A DNA stretch of 64,000 nucleotides from Octopus vulgaris (lineage: Eukaryota): the NCBI GenBank assembly GCA_951406725.2, contig OX597818.1, positions 103,850,001-103,914,000 of the forward strand, written 5' to 3'. The translations under genes were made by a program, and so were the position numbers. How positions within the stretch are numbered: position 1 is the first letter of the stretch; each line of letters starts with the position of its first letter. The notes beneath the pieces were generated by a model. That model saw nothing but the letters and a program-made list of their open reading frames with translations. It did not search any database and had not been told where the DNA came from. Shown here piece after piece: positions 55,700 to 64,000 of the stretch.

Positions 55700-56664
55700 T
55701 CATTCCTTTCGGGAAACAAATCACGTCTAATCTCCCTTTACAGTTCCGTGAAGCCGTAGCTAGAAACTTTCCCCAGAAATTCTAGGTATTACTCTACTAT
55801 TAATTCGCATAAGGTAAGGATTGCATTCTCCAACACTAGAAATCTATGGCAGATCATTGCCTCCCATAATAACAAGCTGCTAAATAAGGACTCATCACCC
55901 GGGAGTAGCGAAACTGCCCTTACCAATTCCAACCAAACATATAATAATAATAATAATAGAAATAGTATTGATAATAGCAACATTCATAACAGCGTTGGCA
56001 TTATCAATAGTAATATTAATAATAATATTAGTCGATTATTAACAGTGGTAGTGTTAGTGGTAATAACGACAGCATTTATAATAACAGTGGTTGTATTGAT
56101 GATAACAACACCAGTATTCCTATAATCAGGGAATTTACCGACGATAGTACAATTAATAGTAATGATAATAATATGAATAGTATTGTGGTCAGTGCTAGCA
56201 ATAATACTACCACCAATCATAACAATAAAAACTCCGTCTTAGTCTCGGAGGTAAACCCTAACAGATTAAAGTTCTTATCCAGCAATTCCAAAATTAGAAA
56301 TTCCATTTACCAGTGCAAAATTTCTTCCGGTACCGATGTCTTCTTCTACATTGGGGCAACTACTTCTAAATTAGCCCACAGGATCTCCAACCATTATTCA
56401 ACTTTCCGAGATAAGAGAAAACAACACAGCACAGGACTAAGTAAAATAGTTTGGCGTCTTAAGGACAGTAATACAACTTTCAAGCTGGAATGGTCCATAT
56501 TGTCTGTATCCTTTCCGTTTGATAAAGGCAGAAAATTTTGTGGCGTCTGTAATTCCGAACTTTTCCATATTTTGTTCGCCAAAGTCCCTTTAATAAATAC
56601 AATGGTCGAGAAATCCTATAGATGCATGCACTGGCAAAAACACACCTTTCACTCATATGAATAA
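55700..56664 (+). pseudogene. PLE ORF C-terminus: linker, Asn/Ser-rich region and GIY-YIG endonuclease (two frameshifts)
   Basis: IPFGKQITSN...RNFP/RNSRYYSTINSHKVRIAFSNTRNLWQIIASHNNKLL; frameshifts near 55770 and 56030; then SIYQCKI...FYIGAT...RISNH...STGLSKIVWRLK...W.IL...CGVC..E...IN...CMH, stop at 56664. Confidence 0.85.
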
Positions 56665-57239
56665 TGATTAATATAGATGACCTCCTTGAATTTTAATAAT
56701 ATAGTCCCATTTATATATCACCCCCATAGTCAATTTTTATACTCTTAAAGAACTACTACCAAACCCATTCAGGTGTGTTTTACCTTTGTCCTCTAACTCG
56801 CCCTCCTCTCTCTCTCTCTCTCTCTCTCTTTCCCTCTCTCTATCGTAAGTACAATCAAATACACAGACACAAACCTGTCACTTCACCACTGTCTGTTTTT
56901 GACATCTACCCATCCACGTACACAATCACGCACGCACATACACACACATAGCCATTAATGCAGTTATATACATACACACACATAGGCACTCATTCACAAA
57001 AGAAAACAACAAAATCACCATTCATTTGACCTGCACCCTTTTACCTTCCTATTCTTAGGTCTCTCTCCTCCAACCTTGTTTGAACACTTGAACCTTCTAG
57101 AATCTTCTACATTCAACCATTTTTGACGTCACTGCTTATAACGGAATATTTTAAAGAAACACGCATTATCGCTATGGGCTCCGTGTGGGCAGTCATCTAA
57201 AAGCTTTTGTGCATCTTGATGCTGACAGAAGTTCCTTAC

Positions 57240-57322
57240 TTTTCCTGATGAGAAGGCGGCATAATGCACCCCTTATTCCTTCGAAATTAGGAATATGCAG
57301 CCTTCGAAACATATGTCGAAAA
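57240..57322 (+). ncRNA. Minimal type I hammerhead ribozyme, canonical core
   Basis: ttttc-CTGATGA-gaaggc...gccttc-GAAA-catatg-TC-gaaaa: 5-bp stem I, long stem II with G-C closing pair, palindromic stem III, GUC triplet; predicted cleavage after 57317. Confidence 0.88.
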
Positions 57323-57523
57323 TAAAATAAAGGAATTTTGTTAATTCGTCGTTCAACTCCATTCTTTCATTTATTTGTATTTAAAAAAACACACAAATTT
57401 CCACACGATAGCACGTGATCTCTGCCCTAGGCATGTAGCTTCAACCGTGTTTTTCTGACGTGAATTTGCTACCCAGGTATCGGTTAACCGAATTATCCAT
57501 AATAAGATAATTCATTCAACTAC

Positions 57524-57582
<59 letters not shown>

Positions 57583-58233
57583 ATAGGCATATGAATATGA
57601 ATATAAACAGACATGCAAACGGATAGGTAGGAAGGTTATAGGAACAGACAAACACACATACACACTCGCACAGAAATGAACACATGACCATATATACACA
57701 CACTCCTCAAATCACACAAGGATGGATATGGAGACACACAGCCATACATACGGAGATAAACACCCATCTGTACAGACACACTAAGTAGCTGCCAATTAAA
57801 ACCCATACACACACAGACACAGTCAGAAAGTACAGACATGTAGAATGAAGTACATACACACATGCAAACATACACACACATACAAAGGCACACAAACACA
57901 TGAATATGCAGGCAGAATACATGCATACAAACGTACACACATGCATACATATATATATACATACGCACACACACACATACATACATGCATACACACATAT
58001 GCATACATACATACAAACATACAAACATACATACATACATACACGTGTATGCACACGCACACATACTGACCACACACATGCACACAAACAAACAAAAAGA
58101 ATGCAGCGTCAATAACGGACAGAATCAATAATTATTGCAAGACGCAACGAAAGTTTTAGAAAAATAAATAAACGATGGAGATTTTACCGGTGAGTGTGTT
58201 AAATCATCAATTAAAGTAGATCTAGAGTTAAAT

Positions 58234-58682
58234 TATCAAATAATGTAGATGCCTGGTACTGGGAAGAAAGGAATTTTTTCACACATCAGGCTCCTTCCCA
58301 AGGGAGGATTATAGATTACTTTTTTGGGACCCAGACTTGCGGATGCAGGGATGCCTGCAGGCCGCAAGAGAATTAATCGGGGACGTGAATTAAGAGATTC
58401 ATCGCCTCAATATGTGTCTAATTGTGTTTTCAATTGTAATGGACTTCTTAGTCCTAAGAAATTGTAAAATATTGTAAATTGTAAGAGGGTTATTACCTTA
58501 AGACATATCTTATTAAAATAACAATATTATAGAGAAATAGAGAGGGTCGGCGCGCGCTTTCTGTCTTCTCCCATCCTTATCGTCTTGTGTTGTTATCATT
58601 CGCCTCATCAATGTCTTGTCCAGCCCGCAAAGCTATTCATCTTTGCACTGCCTCTATGGCAAATGAAATGAATAAATGAATA
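58234..58682 (+). mobile_element. 5'-truncated retroposon 3' end with 21-bp target-site duplication
   Basis: aaagtagatctagagttaaat at 58213-58233 and 58683-58703; 3' tail atgaaatgaataaatgaata; family not identified. Confidence 0.8.
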
Positions 58683-61600
58683 AAAGTAGATCTAGAGTTA
58701 AATAAAATGCGCACTTCTGTAATTCTTCATACATAGACTGTATCATCATCTCTCATGTTATTTGTCTCATGCGTTTATGTGGTAACCACTGACTGAGTGG
58801 ATGTTTCCAGTTGTGGCGGTGCATGTTGTTTTACTTGTGTACTTACATTGGTATGCGTTTAGATGTTTTTATGTACTTCTAAACAACTAACTCAAAGCTA
58901 CCTACATATAAATTATATCTTGGTAATATTTAGTTCCATTAATCAGTATTATTATTCAAATAGGCTTATCATCACAGTTTGTACGGACTAGATTAGCAAT
59001 AATTTTAGTAAACTAAGAACATGATATATTTATCACTTATAGTCTCAGTATTTCGTCAGTTGGTAATTGTATACTCAAAGGCGGTTGTCAAATTAATTAG
59101 CGTTCAGAGAATGCTACATTACGTTCCCGATTGAAATCAAATCTAATTTTCATTTGATCTATGAAAAAAAGGTAGTGTTTTGTTTGATATATTTCGTCTC
59201 TACGGTTAATGTTTTTCAAGTGGAATTAAGCACCATACCTCGAGTGAATCTACAATTGCTAAAACACAAAAAATGTAATGAAACAGAGATAAATAACATT
59301 CATTGAGCTATTGCGGATCGTTTTCGCATTGCTCAAGTGCATTTTTGATGTGTTTGACTTGTAAGATGAAGCATTTCTCTTATGATATATTTGAATGCAT
59401 AGTAATCATTTTCTACTTCGTTTGGCTTTACTTTCGTTTGCACAGAAAAGCTTTACATATTAAGTGTGTCACACGATAAAGGACGTAAAAACGAAACTTA
59501 TTCTGGATATGAAAAAAATTTTAATGAATTTGGTTCAGCTAATGTTAGACGATGCTATTTGGTGTTTCATAATGCTGGTATTTGGAAGCATTTTATTTTT
59601 TCACTGTTTACTTTGCAAAGCTGAATTGACGCAGATTCTGTATAATGAATTCAATTGTATTAAGACATCGACTAGACAATAGATAAAATAAACTCTTTCA
59701 TGAAACGAAGGTTGAAATAAAGTCAAACAGTGGAAACAAAAAGTGAAAATCAAAGAGTGATCATACTTCGGAAGGCAAAAATATAAAGAGAACAAACCAA
59801 CCATTATGAATTACGACTCATTTTCTATATGTTCCTAAAGGAAAAATAACAAACCAGAAACAATATCAGAAATTGGAGAATCAAAAATGGTGCAAGAGAA
59901 AGAAAAGTGAGACAGTGATAAAGAATGTAACCTGAAACAAAAGGAGGCAGTTACATAAACATACAGAGACAGAAATACCAGTTGAAGAAGTTAGAAATCT
60001 TTTCTATGAAAATTAAAAAAAGCATAGAAAATACAGCTGCTCAGTAACATCTATTACAAGCAGGTCTCGACAATTTTATATTTTCTCCACTATTTCTTAA
60101 AATTAATTTTTGTTATATGAAACCCAAGTAAATATTCTCATTACAAGGTCTAATCATTATTAGCTGACTAAAGTGCAACAATGTATAATTATTGTACTAT
60201 ATTTTCCGTGATTGGGAGAAAACTGATATTAGAAACAGCTATGGTTTTATACATCAGCATAACCTCAGTCTTCTCAGGTTCACTGAAAGGAAAACTTAAT
60301 GCTATCAACTTGTCTAATACATACGAAAGATGCAACCGATATTATATATTTTTAATCACAATAGCAATTGAAACGCCAACTCATGGATTGAAAATAGGAA
60401 TTATTAAAAATAAATTATATAGTCTAAATTATTTACTCTGATATTACAAAAAGTTTTTACTAACTTGCTGTTCTATTCTTACAGTTTAAATATTGACTTT
60501 TAAGTATGAAGAAGTGGTTTAAAATATGAAGCGGAACACCTCAATAATTTATAGTAATTTTCATTTTATTGTGATTGCATATGTTAGAAAGAGACGGGCA
60601 AAAATTAGTTGATGAAGATTATTTCGTGAAGTACCAAGGTAGATTGAAAGGGTCATAACGCCAACAATAGTAACACATGAAGTGGTGCGTGTGTTATCAA
60701 TATTATTGGCGTAACGACCCTACCAAGTCACAGTTTGTTTCAACACTTGTTTCAACACACGAATTCACACCAAGAATCTTGGCAACCAAATACAACGATG
60801 AAGTAAAATACCGAAGTGAGTCTAGTCTGAAAATAAAGATTATATGTTTTTTTTAATATTAACCTCGTCTAATCAGTTACAGAAAAGTTTATAGAACCAT
60901 TGTATGCAAAACTGTGAGTGACTGTACGGAGATAAATGTGTTTTGTGTGACTTTTAGAGGGCTATATTATACACACAAGACTTATTCAAAAGTCTGTTTT
61001 AAAAGCAGAACTAAAGCCGTGTATCTCTTGCAAATATTTCTGAATAAGTTGTCAAACAATTATTACTACTGTTCATGATTAATGGGGTTTTTTTTTTGTT
61101 ATTTTCAAGTATTGTCCATTAAGAAGACTTGTGTCTTGTAGAAGAGAGTGGCAAAGTCAAATTGGAATTTTATTAACAATAGAATTTCAATAATATTCAG
61201 ACTTTGAAATGGTTTAGCGAAAGATTTCGCTCCATTTGAGTAACCCTAAGTACAATTTAATTCAACAATTCGCATTTACGTCAACACAATTCCTTTTTAA
61301 AATCTCTAAACAAAAGCAATTTGCTTTTCGTTCTGGCTATTTCATTTTATAAATCATCAACGAATTTCGAAAACAGATTGAATTTTCTCTTCATTTTGAA
61401 CTGTTGAGAGAAGTTAAATTGGTTTTATTGACAAGATAGACAAATATGCACAGTAAAGCAGAAACGAAAACGAAGGAATTGCGTTTTTCGCTTTCTTCCT
61501 TTAATCATAATATGTTAATGGTTTCCGGCGTTGTTTAAATGTAACTGAGCCAGAATTATACTTAATCCACTCATCGTTTTGGAATATACTTGAAAGAACG

Positions 61601-62368
61601 TAGTAATATTTGGTTGAAAATCACAAGTGAATTAACGTTAAACCTGCATTATAAGGACATATCGTCTTTGAATAAAATTAATTAGCAAGTTTTGAACTGA
61701 GGTTAATATTTTAGCTGAAAGTAGAACTATAGCAGAACTTCGAAATATTTCTGAATAAAATTAAAAACAATTATTTATAATATTCATGATTTATTTAATC
61801 CTTTTTTTGTTTGTATGTTTACATGTTATTTTATTTTTTCTTGTTTTTCAAGAATTAGTTATAATTAGTGAGAGAGGACGGGTAATTTAATTACCAATAT
61901 TCGCAGGATGCATGTAAGGTTAAATAATAATAGGATGCAAGAAGGTCTATTTTTTAGAGTACTGCAGTTTCTTTAGTGGGGTTTTTCACTGAGGGTAAAA
62001 CAACTGAAGATTGTTTCTGTTCCGAATATGTAAATCCGAAGCAATTAACTGATTATAGACTTATTTCAGATGTTGGGATTTTTATAGCTCCCATAACATA
62101 CAAAGTGAGTCCATGGATCACCAATAATATAATAAAACACATAATAAAAGATACATTTGTAAAAGTTTACGTCCCCGTATATTAGCCGTTCTCAGCTACA
62201 GACAATAGGCGATATTTGTAACAAAGCTGCTGTACCATCGAATTACAGGTGCTTTAATACACCACTCACGCTTGCCTAATTTACTTCTACAAGTTTTGCT
62301 CCATTTGACTCAAACGGGAATTGAAGTCTGGATCTAATGATTACGAAACAGATTTCCTGAGCATTTGA

Positions 62369-62434
62369 CCATACTGCATCCATACTGCATCCTTACTGCA
62401 TCCATACTGCATCCTTACTGCATCCACACTGCAT
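62369..62434. repeat. 11-bp minisatellite x6 (ccWtactgcat)
   Basis: Directly visible. Confidence 0.92.
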
Positions 62435-62900
62435 TCATATGTTGATATATATGCGTAAACCCGCACACGCTAAAATTTGCTTCCTCATAAATACTATATT
62501 GGTAATCAACATTCAAGGAACTTATACAAAAGAAGGCATGTGTATTTGTATTCGAATACAGAGTATTAATATACTGAAATAGCAGTGGAAATAAGAGCAA
62601 TAACGTAAACATGGAAGCATTCAATATAAATGGCATATATTCCAAAACAGCAAGTGCAGTTTCGTTAACATTTAAGTTTTGCACATATAATCAGGCGTAA
62701 TATACATTTCACAACCAATTAGAGTTAAGTAGTATATGTCATCGTATTTTTATTCACTGACATACACGCAAAATCACATATATAGACATAAATAAATAAT
62801 TTATTTTTACACATGTGTATGTATGCGTGTGCGCGCATTCATAATTGTATATCTAACCAGAGAAAGTGTAAGAGAAGGTAAAGAGAGAGAGCGAACCTAT

Positions 62901-62981
<81 letters not shown>

Positions 62982-64000
62982 TTCATGTAATATGCCATAT
63001 TTGTATTATAATATACAGAATGGACGTATAATGTACAGAATCAACGTATAGTCGGTATATCTGCATAATATTTACAAAGGCACGCAAATTTTCAAAATCA
63101 CTGGCGAGTTGGTACGAATTAATTTCTCTCCACAGAATTTTCCATTCAAATTTTCAATGTGCTCAAACTCTGATTTTCGTGTTCAAAATGATAGTGCCAT
63201 ATTAATTTAGAAACTTTACACTATTCCACTATAAACTGACAATTGTAGTATGTTTCAAGTTATTGGAACTATAACAAAACTAAGATATAAAGCCAATCTA
63301 TACGTTGTTTGGATACTTTCAGACGTTTCAATAACACTTAGTTCTTTGCTATATTTCCGGTAAATTCATATCTTCCATTGTCGTAAGACCTCCGTGTGGG
63401 TCAGTGACGTTTACTGAGGAGGCTAAAATTACACAGATTCAATATTGAGGGCGTTTTGTTTCACTTTAGCTATACTAATAATTTAGTTAAGTGTTGCAAA
63501 TATTTTACATAAAATACAATATTTCCACAGTCTAGAGTCTTCAGGTACTTTCAAATCAACATTCCACTAATAGTTCAGTACAAACAAAATTCATAGATTA
63601 AATGGATGCAATATAGCATAATATAATCCACTATTGCAGCCAGTTCTAACAAAAAAACGCTATGGATATATACAATATGTTACCTTATGAACATTAATAT
63701 GATTATATACACTAGGTTAACTTATGAACGAAGTGTTATGCGACAAGCACTTAGTGTGAGATCCATTTACAGAAGAATTTCAATTCCTTTCTTGATTCTT
63801 CCGTTATTGCTTAGCTCACCCTCATCATATATGAAGATTCTTCAATGGACCGACTTATTCGAATACCATTAGAGCATTATTTTCAATTTCCCGGTTACAG
63901 GAATCTCCACTATCTCCTTCACATAATTTGCCAAAGACACAAACTATTAAATAACATACTAGCATAATACGGTTACCAATGACAATAATTCTGCAATATA

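Larger units (their letters stand above)
55585..57526 (+). mobile_element. 5'-truncated Penelope-like element with inverted partial terminal repeat, inserted in (TA)n
   Basis: 111-bp inverted repeat 55585-55695 / 57270-57380 (1 mismatch); GIY-YIG ORF; hammerhead; unpaired extension 57381-57526; (TA)n on both flanks. Confidence 0.9.

Noticed and set aside
56173-56664. Selenocysteine recoding in the GIY-YIG ORF, or a domesticated stand-alone nuclease gene
   Set aside because: No in-frame TGA (ends TAA); the ATG is internal to a frameshifted, 5'-truncated retroelement ORF.

Overview
AT-rich, microsatellite-saturated eukaryotic DNA, most likely an octopus/cephalopod intron or intergenic region (inferred from the tRNA-derived SINE families and repeat landscape; not verified by search). 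No complete host gene is visible, only a few candidate exons, and nearly all short ORFs in the track are microsatellite artefacts. The window is a layered transposon graveyard: (i) Penelope-like elements (PLEs) sitting in (TA)n tracts, including one GIY-YIG-bearing copy with a canonical minimal hammerhead ribozyme (57240-57322) and an inverted partial terminal repeat, plus two ORF-less near-perfect hairpins (3648-3994, 11557-11973) with the same architecture and hammerhead-like motifs; (ii) a tRNA-headed SINE-like element with a hammerhead remnant (38085-38478); (iii) a nested cluster of R4/Dong-type RLE LINEs in (TAA)n tracts, including a head-to-head pair forming a ~1 kb inverted repeat; (iv) RTE and Hero LINE remnants; (v) a hAT (hATm-like) transposon with TIRs and a perfect 8-bp TSD carrying internal cargo; (vi) non-autonomous Helitrons; (vii) at least four tRNA-SINE families. 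All alignments and counts were done by eye.
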